Source: Sphyrna mokarran
Lineage: Eukaryota
DNA length: 64,000 nucleotides
Direction of reading: 5' to 3'
Assembly (NCBI GenBank): GCA_024679065.1
Contig: JAGIQG010000001.1
Location: forward strand, 102,610,001 to 102,674,000
In this document: positions 13,321 to 25,314 of the stretch, piece after piece
Layout: each line of letters starts with the position of its first letter
Position numbering within the stretch: position 1 is the stretch's first letter
Notes under the pieces: generated by a model
What the model was told of the DNA's origin: nothing
What the model saw: the letters and a program-made list of their open reading frames with translations, nothing else
Database searches by the model: none
Translations under genes and position numbers: made by a program

Positions 13321-14800
13321 TGTTATGAGAGCCTACAGACTCAAGCAACATATTTTTAGAGATTAAACAGTCCCGCTGCCTCCCACAAAACCTTCAACCA
13401 ATGCCTAATTGCACAACAAAACATGGTGGCAACATCAAGTAAAATCCTCCAGCAAACATTAAAAGAAGGGCTGACAAGAAAAAATGTCCTCGAGGGAAGG
13501 ACAAAAGAAAAAAAAAATTAAGACTTAAAGAGATATCAGAACATTGCAGGAGCAACAGCTGAGATGTCAACCTGAAGACCAGACAGCAGTCAGCACAGAT
13601 GTTAAAGCTGTAAGCAGCAGCATTGAAGCTGGTACAACTTAGGGCTCAGCAGAAACCCCAGCATTCCCAGAACCATTTCAGAATGCAGAAGCCTTGTGAC
13701 AGGCCCAGAACTGTAACAACTGGAGAAAAGACTCACAAGGTGCAGAATTGCTTCAGTATTACTCAAAACTGATCAAAAAGACCAGGTTATTACATTACTT
13801 TATGCAGTCAGATCTATTGCTGATGACTGATTCCAGGAATCAAGTTGCTTGCTCACCTGCTTCCATTTCTTTCTTAGTGTTTGCACGGGGGGTCTCCTGG
13901 CTTCCTATGGGACAACTGAGCAGAGTTTCTTGGGCCCTTTGTTGAGAAATTGCTATGTGAGAGGGTTGGCAACATGGTTGGCAAACATATGCCTGTACTC
14001 AAATGCTGTTTCACTATTGGGTTCAATGATGCTGTCATGAAGTTGGCCACACTAGCGCACTGGAAAGGATGAACTCCAAGCTATGTGCTAAGTTGGAGTT
14101 GGACTCCTCCATGCTCCTTGATTGTAATAGTATGCTGTCTGCCAGGCCTTCCAATGTACCCATCTCCTTGGTGTGCATCATTATCAATGTTCTCCTGTAG
14201 GCTGACCCAGTGAAATCCTCACCTGAGTTCCATGTAGCAGAATTTGTCTTTGATCTTACCACTCGGAAACCTGGCACATGCTTCATCCTTTTCCTTGCCT
14301 GGTTGAAGCCCACCTGGGCTGTTGATTCATCATATGCATATGTTGATAGCAAGGCAGTGGGTTGATGAGAACCCAACTTCTTATGAGGAGATCTTGCCAG
14401 CTTTTGACACTTCAGTGGCTGTTGGATTTTAATACTAGAGAGCTAAATTTAACAAAATAAAGATATGCAGAGGTCCTGTGGAGACATTGAATGAGAACAT
14501 ACAGTTTGTAGACCATAAAAACAAAAGCATACCAAAGCCTAAGCATGCCAAAAAAAGGGAAAAATGCCATTTTGAAATGCCTTTAATGAGATGGAAACAA
14601 ATTGCAGAAGCAAGAAGAGTGTCCAACATTAAGGTAGACAACTGTAGAAAAATAGAACACTTTAAAACTGTTTGTCACCCAAAAATGCTGACAACCATTA
14701 AAAAAATGGCTGAAAAGTTTGGAATAGAGCCAGGTACGAAAAGTGGAAGAATCACAAGCAAAGGAACGAGCCTCTTCGGGGAGGTCAATTATATGGTAAA
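13321..14800 (+). mobile_element. Decayed Ty3/Gypsy LTR retrotransposon (LTR end, PBS, gag)
   Basis: ...aaCA|TGGTGGCA LTR/PBS-like junction at 13423/13424; gag motifs PAFPEPF, RCRIASVLLKTDQKDQVITLLYAVRSIADD (to 13828), RAKFNK (~14445), zinc-knuckle relic NCRKIEHFKTVC (~14640-14675); frameshifts and stops. Confidence 0.75.
13829..14346 (-). repeat. Inverted templated duplication of 11710-11859 and 12711-13062
   Basis: 13829-13978 is the reverse complement of 11710-11859 (150 bp); 13995-14346 is the reverse complement of 12711-13062 (352 bp); about 99% identical. Confidence 0.95.
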
Positions 14801-15319
14801 TAAGTATCATTGGCACAATGTCTGTAACAATAGAAGATTGGGGAGTGGTTGTCAGAGCACCCGTTATTTCTTCTCTTACTTTTAGTCGTAATTTGGGATA
14901 TATTTCATTTGGGCTAGAACTGCTGCGACTCCAATGCAGAGGATGTTGCGGTGTCCCTGATCTCTCTGGATGACAGCATTCATACTCACAGCACCCCCAC
15001 CCGTCTATTGCCTCTCGCCAAGAACACGAGCAAGAGGCTGGACAGGAGGAGAAGAAGGGGAAATAAATAAAATAGAACAAGAACTGGCAGAAATGAAAGG
15101 TCTACCCAGCAAGGTTTCAAGGACCTTCGAGAGGAGATATGAAGTGGCTGTATAGAGTTGGGGCACTGGGATGTTGGAGGTTGAGAGACGAAGATTTCCA
15201 GAGAAGATGGAGATCACTGCCGGGAAGCAATGATTTAATATTTGATTGTGAGACCATGGTCCAGATGAAGGGTGTATTGGAGAGTTACTTTTCTGCAGCT
15301 ATAAGACAGAGGCCTGTTC

Positions 15320-15450
15320 ATCAAATAACACATCTGACAGCATCTGCAGAAAGAATTAGAGTTAATGGTTCAGGTTGAGGACCTTTCATCAAAATTTGCT
15401 GAGTACTTGCAGCATTTTTGGCTTTTATTGCAAACCCCCATCAACTGCTA
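15320..15450. mobile_element. Penelope-type terminal fragment in inverted arrangement, decayed
   Basis: cagcatctgcagaaagaattagagttaatggttcaggttgaggacctttcatca resembles 21700-21756. Confidence 0.55.
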
Positions 15451-15929
15451 TAGCTTTCGCCTGTAATAACAATGTCACTCTTCCCAGCAAGTTTCATTAA
15501 AATATCATTATTAGTCCTGAGAGAAAGGAATAGTGTAAGTTTTCAATGCAATGTGCATTGTTAGGGTTAGTGAAGAGAGTAGAGAAATGAAAATGGCTGA
15601 GATAATCTTGGCAGTTCACAATGAAAACAATCAAGCCAGAATAAAAGACTAGAAGAAAGGGTGCAAATGGAAGGCTAATTTTGAAAAGGTTTTCTTTAAA
15701 TGAGGAAAGATTTTTGGCCAAATATGTGGGCACGGAGGTGAAGGCAATGCTGAGCTTGAAAGTCATTGAGGGGATAAAACAGAGGCCTTTGCATTAGGAT
15801 GATCATTTGGGGCCAGAGAAGGGAACAATCAGAGAGTGTAGTGGAAATACAGCAAGAATTGAGATTGGAAGGACAGGTGGGATCAGAATAAAGTGGAAGA
15901 TCCTGAGAAGTCTATCAAAGTTATTGATG

Positions 15930-17160
15930 CAATGTTCAATGACATCTTTTGAGGAGTTTTAAGAGGAAGTGACGAAGATGGTTGATGAGACTAGGTCAGT
16001 GGACTTCAGTAAGTCTTTGACAAGGTCCCTTATGGCAGACTGGTACAGAAAGTGAAATTGCATGGGATCAGAGGTGAGCTGGCAAGGTGGCTTAGAACTG
16101 TCTCGGTCATAGAATCGGTGGCAGTGGAAGGGTGCATTTCTGAATGGAGGGCTGTGACAAATGGCATTCCTCGGAGATCAGTGCTGTATTTTTGCTCTTT
16201 GTAATATATATAAATGATTTGGAGGAAAATGTAACTGGTTTAATTAGTAAGTTTGCGGACGAGGGAAATGTTGATGGATTTGCGGACAGCGATGAGGACC
16301 ATCAGAGGATACAGCAGGATATAGATGAGTTGGAGGCTTGGGTGGAGAGATAACAGATGGAGTTTAATCCAGACAAATGTGAGGTAATGCATTCTGGAAG
16401 GCCTGATACAGATAGGAAATATATAGTACATGGCAAAACCCTTAAGAGTGTTGATAGAGGGACCTGGGTGTACAGATACACAGATCACTGAAAGTGTAAA
16501 CATAGTTGGAGAAGGTAGTCAAGAAGGCATACAGCATGCTTGCCTTTATTGGCTGGGACATTGAGCTTAAAAATTGGCAAGTCATGTTGCAGCTTTATGA
16601 AACCTTAGTTAGGCCACACTTGGAATAATAGTGTTCAATTCTGGTTGCCACACTACCAGAAAGATGTGAAAGCTTTGGAGAGGGTACAGAAAAGATTTAC
16701 CAAGATGTTGCCTGATATGGAGAGCTTTAGCTATGAGGAGAAGTTGGAGAAACTTTGTTTGTTCTCATTGGAACGACAGAGGTTGAGGAGCAACTTGATA
16801 GAAGTCTACAAGATTATTAGGGGCATGGACAGAATGGATAGTAAGAATCCTTTTTCCAGAGTGAAAGAGTCAATTACTAGGTAGCATAGATTTTAAGGCG
16901 TGAGAGATAAGATTTATAAAAGATATATGAGGCAAGTTTTTTACACAGTGGGTGGTGGGTGTCTGGAACTCACTGTCGGGGGAGATAGTGGAAGCAGATA
17001 CAATAGTGAGTTTTAAGGGCATCCTGACAAATATATGAAAAGGATGGGAATAGAGGGATATAGTCCGCAGAAGGATGAGGTCTACTTCAGTCAGGCAGTA
17101 TGGTCGATGCAAGCTTGGAGGGCCAAAAGGCCTGTTCCTGTGTTATAATTTTCTTTGTTT
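15930..17160 (+). mobile_element. CR1 LINE 3' part, decayed RT
   Basis: LFVIYINDLEENVTGLISKFADE; PHYQKDVKALERVQKRFTKMLP; tail gggccaaaaggcctgttcctg. Confidence 0.92.
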
Positions 17161-18208
17161 TTTATCTAAAAGGAAAATTAAAAACTTCCTGTTAAAGCAT
17201 CAGGTGAAGAATGGAATCTATGGCAAATTATACCCTCTGATCAATTTAAACCATCCTCTCACTCTATCCCCTTTACCCACATCTTCTCATGTTCAACTCC
17301 TTTCTCCCTCATCCCTTCCCAGTTACCATCAATCTTACCCCTCATCCCTTTGAGCCTCTCACACATTATATATTTTATGAACTGAACTTACAAGTCCATT
17401 GAATGGCCTAAACTCTCCCCTAGTAAACAAACTGACTTCAAAACTAAAATCGCTACAGAAGTCTAGACTGAATACATAAAAACAATGGGCAAAGATTAAA
17501 CATTTATACATTGGAATCATACTAGGGTTTGATGCTATAAAATGTATTCTAATATTTTATTCACGAATTTGTTTGGAGCACCTGAGGACATTTCCAAATT
17601 TACGATGTCGATTTTTTATTTGATAGCTGTTAGCAGAAGTAACCATTTGGCAAACTTATTGTTTAATGGGTAGAGACATCTTTCCATCACAACATTATCA
17701 TGAGTTACCTTAAATATAATTCAAGCCATAGTATTTCATGATTGACAATAATGAGACAAAATTATTTTATTCACTTTTAAATCCCTTCGTGTCTCCAGCC
17801 CATGGTTCATGTCTCTATGAAACAATTAAAGTCCAACTACCTTCCTGAAATATAAAAACACGTATCAGGGATTAGATCATAATGATGTTAAATGGTGCAG
17901 GTTTGATTACAACTCACACTCTTTCTTGTGCTGCATAAAATGGTGTTGGATGAAAATGGAGCTCATTTCTATCTGGCATGTTTGGTGGCTGTTATCTGCC
18001 AAGTCACCTCCATTTGATCCTATTTTGAGATTGTAAAATCAAGCTATTTAACTTGTTTCTTCTTAAAAGGGTGGTGCATTATGCTTAGAACAAGTGCTGG
18101 GAGTGAATCTGAATTGGGAAGGGAGGAAGTATGGCTGAGAAATGGACAGAACAGCCTCTAGGTCTTTAGGCACTGCACTGAGAAGTGTTTTTGGAGGAGA
18201 TGAAAAAA

Positions 18209-19556
18209 AACATAAGAACATAAGAAATAGGAGCAGGAATAGGCCATCTAGCCTCTCATGCCTGCCCCACCATTCAATAAGATCATGGCTGATCTGAAAG
18301 TGGTTCAGTTCCACTTACCCACCTGCTCCCCATAATCCTTAATTCCGTTATTGATCAGAAATCTATCTATCTGTGACTTAAGCATATTTAATGAGGTAGC
18401 CTCCACTGCTTCAATAGGCAGAGAATTCCAAGGATTCACTAACCTCTGAGAGAAGGAGTTCCTCCTCAACTCTGTTCTAAATTGACTCCCCTTCATTTTG
18501 AGGCTGTGCCCCCTAGTTCTTGTTTCCTTTCTAAGTGGAAATAATCTCTCTACCTGTCAAGCCCCTTCATTATCTTATATGTCTCAATCAGATCTCCCCT
18601 CAGCCTTCAAAACTCCAACGAAAACAGGCCCAATCTACTCAATTCACCTTATAAGCTAACTCTCTCATCTCCAGTATCAATCTGGTGAATCTTCTCTGTA
18701 CTCCTTTCAAGGTCAATATATCCTTTCACAAACAAGGGGAACAAAATTGCACACAGTACTCTAGTTACGGCCTCACCAGTACCTTGTACAATTGCAGCAA
18801 GACCTCCCTGCTTTTATACTCCATCCCCTTCGTGATAAAGGCCAACATTCCATTTGCCTCCTTGATCACCTGCTGCACCTGCACCTGCGATTCATACACA
18901 AGGATTCCCAGGTCCCTTTGCACAGAATCATGTTGTAATTTATCACTATTTAAATAATAGTCCATTTTACTATTATTCCTTCCAAAGTGGATAACCTCAC
19001 AATTGCCAAGGTTATACTCCATCTGCCAGATCCTCACCCACTCACTTGGTTTATCCAAATCTCTCCATTTCCTCCATACAATTCACTTTCCCACTTATCT
19101 TTGTATCATCAGCAAACTTTGTTACCCTATGCTTGGTCCCCTCCTCTAGATTGTCTATGTATATGGTAAACAGTTGAGGCCCCAGCACCGATCCCTGAGA
19201 CATGCCACAACTGCCAGCAGGAAAAGTACCCATTTATTCCAACTCTCTGTTTCCTGTTAGTTAGCCAATCCGCAATCCACGTTAACGCTTTACCCCCAAC
19301 TCCGCATACCTTAATCTTTTGTAGCAACGTCTTGTGAAGTACCTTATCGAACGCCTTCTGGAAATCTAAAAACATCACATCCACCGGTTCCCGTCTGTCA
19401 ACCACATTCATTACATCTTCATAAAAATCTAGTAAATTTGTCAAACATGACTTTCCCTTCATGAATCCATTCTGCGTCTGCTTGATTGAACCATGCTTTT
19501 CCAGGTGTCCTGTTATTTCTTTTTTAATGATGATGCCAGCATTTTCCCAACTATGG
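18209..19556 (-). mobile_element. CR1 LINE RT and 3' end
   Basis: GFMKGKSCLTNLLDFYE, LDFQKAFDKV, QGSVLGPQLFTIYID, KFADDTK; (aacataag)n tail at 18209. Confidence 0.95.
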
Positions 19557-19603
19557 ATGTTAAGCAACCAGCTTGTAGTAACCCGCCTTTTGTCTATCAA
19601 AAG

Positions 19604-20200
19604 CAAAGAACAAAGAACAATATGGCACAGGAACAGCTCCTTCAGCCCTCATGATGTCTGCCCAAACTAAAACCACATCCGCTTATGGAGTTTGTATCCT
19701 TCTATTCCCATCCTATTCATGTATTCGTCTGGTTGCATCTTAAATCGTTATTGTACCTGCTTCCACCACTTCCCCAGGCAGCACGCTCCGGATGCTTTAG
19801 GGTAACTAATACCCTCCAGACAGATAACATCCTGGGAAACCTCTTTTGTGCCCTCCAAAGCATCGGCCTCTTTCTGGTAATGTGGCAACCAGAATTATAC
19901 ACAATATTCTAAATGAGGCCTTATTAAGATTCTGTACAGCTACAGCATGACTTGCCAATTTTATACTTAATGCCCCGACCAATGAAAGCAAGCATGCCAC
20001 TTGCCTTCTTGATTACCTTATCCACCTGCATTGCTACTTTCAGTGATCAGTGGTCATATAAGCCAGATCTCTCTGCCTGTCAATACTTCTAAGGATTCTA
20101 TTATTTACTGAATAATTCGTACATGCATTAGATTTTCCAAAATGCATTACTTCACACTTGTCCAGATTAAACTTCATCTGCCATTTCTCTGCCCAAATCT
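19604..20200 (-). mobile_element. CR1 LINE 3' fragment with internal deletion
   Basis: (caaagaa)n tail; QKRFPRML motif. Confidence 0.85.
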
Positions 20201-20204
20201 CTAG

Positions 20205-20870
20205 GAAGAAAGATATCCTATATCATCAAGAGGTAATCCTGATACCTCAGTCACATCTGCAGTAGGTAGATTGAAGGAGGAGAGGTCAAATAGGCCTTTT
20301 GTCTTGCTGATTCCCTCACTACCTGTTGTAGGTCCAGTATGGCAAATATGTCCTTCAGAAACCAGCCTGCTTTGTCAGTAGTAGTGCCAATAAGCCACTG
20401 TTAGTAACAGGCATTTGAGTCCCCTTTTCAGAGTACATTTTCTCATTTATGAACTGATGAAGAGAACTGATTCATCAGTTGATGGTAGGTTCTAAATCAG
20501 CAGGAGGTTTCCTTGCCCACGTTTGACATAATGCCATTAGATTTCATATGGTTCATTATCAATGTTGAGTACTCCCAGGGCAATTCCCACCCAGCTATAT
20601 ACTACTGTGCCCTTAGTGGATCTGTCCTGTTGGTAGGTTGGGATATACCAAGGATGAAAGAGTTTGGGTATTGGCTGTTCCTGAGTATTAAAATGTAAGG
20701 ATGCTGCTTGACTACTCTCTAGGACAGTCTCCCAATCTTAGTGCAAACCCCTGTTGATAGTAAGACAGGGTACACTGGGCATGGTGTGGTCTTTGTATTT
20801 TGTAGTGTTCTTATGCAACTGAGTGACCACTTGAGATGAGGGTTAAACATCAGCCACATTGTTGAGATTC
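20205..20870 (-). mobile_element. LINE endonuclease-region remnant
   Basis: Decayed APE-endonuclease-like segment on the minus strand (LGVLNID relic near 20555-20580). Confidence 0.5.
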
Positions 20871-21429
20871 AGATAGATCAGATCATAAATACAAAATTCA
20901 TGGCTGCAACTTACAACTTCACCCTGTCAGCTGATGGGTGGGATGAGCCAATAAGATTGCGAGAGAGCTGAGAAATCAGGTTCATGCAATGGTATCCTCT
21001 GCAGCTATCTGCTAGCTTTTGGTGAGCTTAGGTCTCACCCCTCTTCCTGCTGGCGGGAAACACATTAGTCTTCATTTTTTTTGACGGAGTGAGATAAGAT
21101 TCCATTTTTAGTTCTCCCAAAAAAAGCACAATTCTCTCCCATTTGCACATTCATTTAGCATTTAGTTTTTTTGGTAAAATCGCTGCTTCCCCACACTCTG
21201 CACCCTTCCCCCATGGAGTGAACAGTTGGGTTTTTTTAAAAAATCCAGTAACTTCTTGGTCACCAAAGCCAATATGCTTTTTATACCCAATTTATTTTAT
21301 TAACTGAATCTTAATTCATAAACTATCATGTGTGGGATTTGAACTAATGCCCTTGGATTATTAGTCTAATAACATAACCTTCATGCTACCATAACCTTCA
21401 TTGTAAGAATAAAGGAGACAAGGGGAAAT

Positions 21430-21600
21430 AAGATCAGAGTAGGAGTAGGCCAAGAATTAAAACGGCAAGTGACTGGAAGCTCAGGGTCATGCTTGTGGAC
21501 TGATAGTGATCAGTAGTGCAATAATCAATTCTATGTTTTGTCACCCCAATGTATAGGAAACAATATATAGGAAACAGTATGTATAGGAACAATGAATACA
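21430..21600 (-). mobile_element. Penelope GIY-YIG endonuclease remnant
   Basis: Minus strand reads YIGVTKHR, paralleling YIGETKHR at ~28645. Confidence 0.55.
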
Positions 21601-21627
21601 ATACAAGGTGGGATGTACCTCAACAAT

Positions 21628-22760
21628 GCAAAAGTGAAATACTGCAGATGCTGGAAATCTGAAATAAAGACAAAATATGCTCAAAGTACTCAGTAGGTCA
21701 GGCAGCATCTGTGAAGAAAGAGTTAATGTCTCAGATTGAGATCATCTATCATCAGAATTTCATCATGATGAAAAGTCATCTCAACCTGAAATGTTAACTT
21801 TGTTTCTCTCCAAAGACAATGCCTGATTGTCACTCCTCGGAGGAGTGGTAGATAGTGAAGAGGGGTGTTATAGTTTGCAGAGAGACTTGGACAAGTTGCA
21901 GAGCTGGGCCGAGAGGTGGCAAATGGAGTTTAATGCGGAAAAGTGTGAGGTAATTCACTTTGGCAGGAATAACAAATGTGTAGAGTATAGGGCTAATGGT
22001 AGGACTCTTAATAGTGTTGAAGAACAGAGGGATCTTGGTGTATATGTGCATAGATCCCTGAAAGTTGGCAATCAAGTCGATAAGGTTGTTAAGAAGGCAT
22101 ACGGAGTCTTAGCTTTTATTGGTAGGGGGATTGAATTTCGGAGCCGCAACGTCATGTTGCAACTGTACAAAACTCTAGTGCGGCCGCACTTGGAGTATTG
22201 TGTGCAGTTCTGGTCCCCGCATTATAAGAAAGATGTGGAGGCATTGGAGAGGGTACAGAGGAGGTTTACCAGGATGTTGCCTGGTATGGAGGGCAGGTCT
22301 TATGAAGAGAGGCTGAGGGATTTGAGGTTGTTTTCGTTAGAAAGAAGGCGGCTAAGAGGAGACCTTATTGAAACATATAAGATGATTAGAGGTTTAGATA
22401 GGGTGGACAGTGATAGCCTTTTTCCTAGGATGGAGAAAGCTGGCATGAGGGGACATAGGTTTAAATTAAGGGGTGGTGGTTATAGGACCGATGTCAGAGG
22501 TAGGTTCTTTACCCAAAGGGTGGTAAGGGTATGGAATGCCCTGCCTGTGTCAGTTGTAGATGCGTCAAGTTTGGTGGCGTTTAAGAGGTTAGTAGATACG
22601 TTTATGGAAGAAAAGAGAATGGTTTAGGTTAGAGGGTCATTGCTTTTTCCTAATTGGTCGGCGCAACATCGAAGGCCGAAGGGCCTGTTCTGCACTGTAA
22701 TGTTCTATGTTCTATGTTCTATGATCTGCTCAGAATTTTCATCAATTTTTAGTATTCTTT
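21628..22760. mobile_element. Inverted Penelope-type terminal repeat (21628-21826 and 22723-22760) interrupted by a CR1
   Basis: gagttaatgtctcagattgagat / atctcaacctgaaatgttaact inverted pair; hammerhead relic tgatgaaaagtcatctcaacctgaaatgtta; element resumes as tgatctgctcag after the CR1 tail. Confidence 0.65.
21836..22722 (+). mobile_element. Young 5'-truncated CR1 LINE; uninterrupted ORF2 C-terminal ~260 aa plus 3' UTR
   Basis: ORF 21827-22627 (LQRDLDKLQSWAERWQMEFN...LYKTLVRPHLEYCVQFWSP...WNALP); tail ggccgaagggcctgtt...(tgttcta)3; CpGs retained. Confidence 0.97.
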
Positions 22761-22767
22761 TAACATG

Positions 22768-23280
22768 GGGTGAATTTTGAACTGAATGATTTAAAGCCCC
22801 TAGCCAGGGAAGAGACTGAGTGGAATTTTACTGGCAGGGAGAAGGTCCCAACTTCTGAACTGATTTGGCAATTTTCTGGAGGGGGTGATCTCCTAATTAA
22901 CCATCATCTGTCCACATCCAACTAAGGATAGTGGCCGGGCTGTCCTTGGTGTCAACCCATTTTACAATGCTGGCAGCTGTGAAGACTCAGCAGCACCACC
23001 AGGACCGGTGGTCACTGCTAAGGAATGTAGGTGACCTCAGGCCTGTAGCAGCAAAGCAAGAAAAAAGAAATCATCAGGGCCACAGGAGCTGCCTTCCCTG
23101 GCTGCAGCCCAATTTTCCACACGGCTTCGCCCTCCCACTCCTTGGAAGCTGCGGTAAGTCCTATCCATGTAGATGACAACCTCTCTGTGTGGTGGGGGTT
23201 GGGTGGGTGGTTTGGCAATCCTCCACTGGCAAAATGTGGGTAGCCTAGGAGAATGGTGCTGACTTGCATCATTAATTATT
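22768..23280. mobile_element. Harbinger-like non-autonomous remnant
   Basis: ggggtgaatttt-type terminus and taattaa-bounded GC-richer interior similar to other copies in the window. Confidence 0.4.
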
Positions 23281-24688
23281 CATTTATATATCCATATCCA
23301 TATCCATATCCCATTGACTGAAAAACTTCCCCAGCATTGTGGCTTTGTTGGGGAGCTGACTCATTGCAGCTCCCTAATAATTTTTTGGCTATCCACCTCC
23401 TTGCTTGTTGCTTCAGAACTGTATGATACTGGTCATTATTTTTACTGCAAATTTATCAAGTCACAAGTGTTCAGCACATCTGATAGAAAGGTGAAATATT
23501 AATGAAAATGTTTCAGTTATAGTTGTTCAGCAGGTCAGTATTATTAACTAATATAAATATTTTAAAGGTCCAATTAAGGTGTAAAAGGTGACATTTTCAA
23601 GCATATGTCTATTAAAGTAACTTCTTATCTGAAAATAATAGTTTTCAGAAAGCTTTTTAATTAATTATAGTTATTTGTTTTCTGGTGTGTTGTATATCAT
23701 TAGCAATCTCTTAGAAAACTTTCATGAGCTTTAACTTGTTAAAAATCAGTAGTCTTAAATATACACATCCATTCTGAACCAGAGCCTACTTACAAAGTTA
23801 ACAGGGAGTGGTATATGTGGTGACATCATCTCTTTATTTGCTATATTCTGTTAAAATTAAAGCTTAAAGTATAAATTATGTTTACACATTGTCCAAAAAG
23901 AATTTCTAAAAGGCTGCTAGTTTTGAATGAACATATGAACAGTGATGAGATCCTACAATGAAACATTATTTACGCATCAGCTGAGGGAGAAAGGGAAGTT
24001 TAGCTGGAGACTCATGTCAGCATGAATTGCAGAAGATTAATTTTTTGAAATGTGTTTGCACATGCTTGGTTGGAGTTGAAACTGTGCCATGGGTGGGGAA
24101 GGAAGGGTGTGAACTGCACAACTGTAAAGCCTAATCGGTACTGCAGCTGTCAGCAGTCCTCCTCAATGGTAAACCATGCAAACCACATGATACTCATTGT
24201 TAGAAACCAGCCTAATAAAAATACTCACAATCTCCTTTCTTAATGCAAAGCAGCAAATATCACACAGATCTGTGGAAAGACAACTCTGTCTCTCAAGAGA
24301 CACGATGAAATTCTCTTTGGCTCTTATGAAATACTCACTTACTTATGCTCAGCATAATTCTCTGAAATTCTCCTCTAGTTAAGATACAAATCTTATTAAA
24401 ATTAAAAGATATCTTTCTGCTAAATTCCAGAAAGGATTGCAAGTGAACATGCAAAGAGGTCAAACATCAATATCCGAAGTAGGGCCTTTATCTATTAATA
24501 TTTATTGTTTGAATACCACAGTGAATTTTACATTGTGTTCAATAAATATAGGGAATGCTTTCTGCTGATCGTTTCACAATTTATCACTTCCAGTGAGCAG
24601 CTGCTGTCACAGGAAGCACCTTGTAAGCAATGATTCTTCATGCATTAAAAATTATGGACAGAACATGACAAGTTGGTTGGACAAGTGC

Positions 24689-24948
24689 AGTTTCATAGTA
24701 CATAGTGGAATCCTCTTTATATGTGTTGTTGAAATAAACATAGCAAGAAGATTTCCTATATTTGGTAATTCTAGCAAAATCATCGAGTCATACTGCAAGG
24801 AACAGGATTATGAATTTGCTTAAAAATAACTGTCAGGGAGAAATTTCCTGCTGCATTTATAATGCTGCAAATACTAGAGAGATTAAAATCATACCAGTTT
24901 GATAAAAAGTAATGCAGTAACAAATACAGCACACAAAAGAAAGATTGT
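24689..24948 (+). repeat. Local diverged duplication, copy 1 (copy 2 at 25470-25723)
   Basis: Colinear shared blocks gtggaatcc, tatatgtgtt, tttggtaatt, agcaaaatcat, acaggattatgaattt, cttaaaaataa, actagagaga, taacaaatac, gaaagattgt. Confidence 0.9.
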
Positions 24949-25314
24949 CAGTCAGGATAATTGTCACTACTTTTCACCTAGTGTGTGCAGATCAACCTAA
25001 GAGTTAATAACACAAGATAATTTTAGGTTAGGTATGGCATGACTCAGCACGGTTTCCCCATGTTCAAGTATATTCTAACCACACCCTTGCTCACTCACCA
25101 CAATCTTCATTATCAGCATATTTGTTGTGTAAACATTTTTTAAGACATAGATTTTGAATTTGAGGAGTTTTTGGCAGACTAACCAGTGTTTATCATGGAA
25201 GCTGCAGCTCAGTAAGTACATGAAACTGAAGAGCGCTTCCTGATTCCTTTCCTGTTTGTCACCACACTCTTCTCACTGGCACAAATAGGAAGTGGGCTCC
25301 ACAACCAGATTTGC

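Noticed and set aside
11710-14346. Retrocopy of a back-spliced circular RNA as origin of the permuted insertion
   Set aside because: Junctions lack AG/GT boundaries, do not match the relic exon edges and include a stuttered linker
12645-14376. Two near-identical ORFs as a duplicated gene pair
   Set aside because: Explained by the inverted templated copy of a decayed Harbinger segment
21827-22627. 266-aa ORF as a host gene
   Set aside because: It is a 5'-truncated CR1 ORF2 without a real start codon
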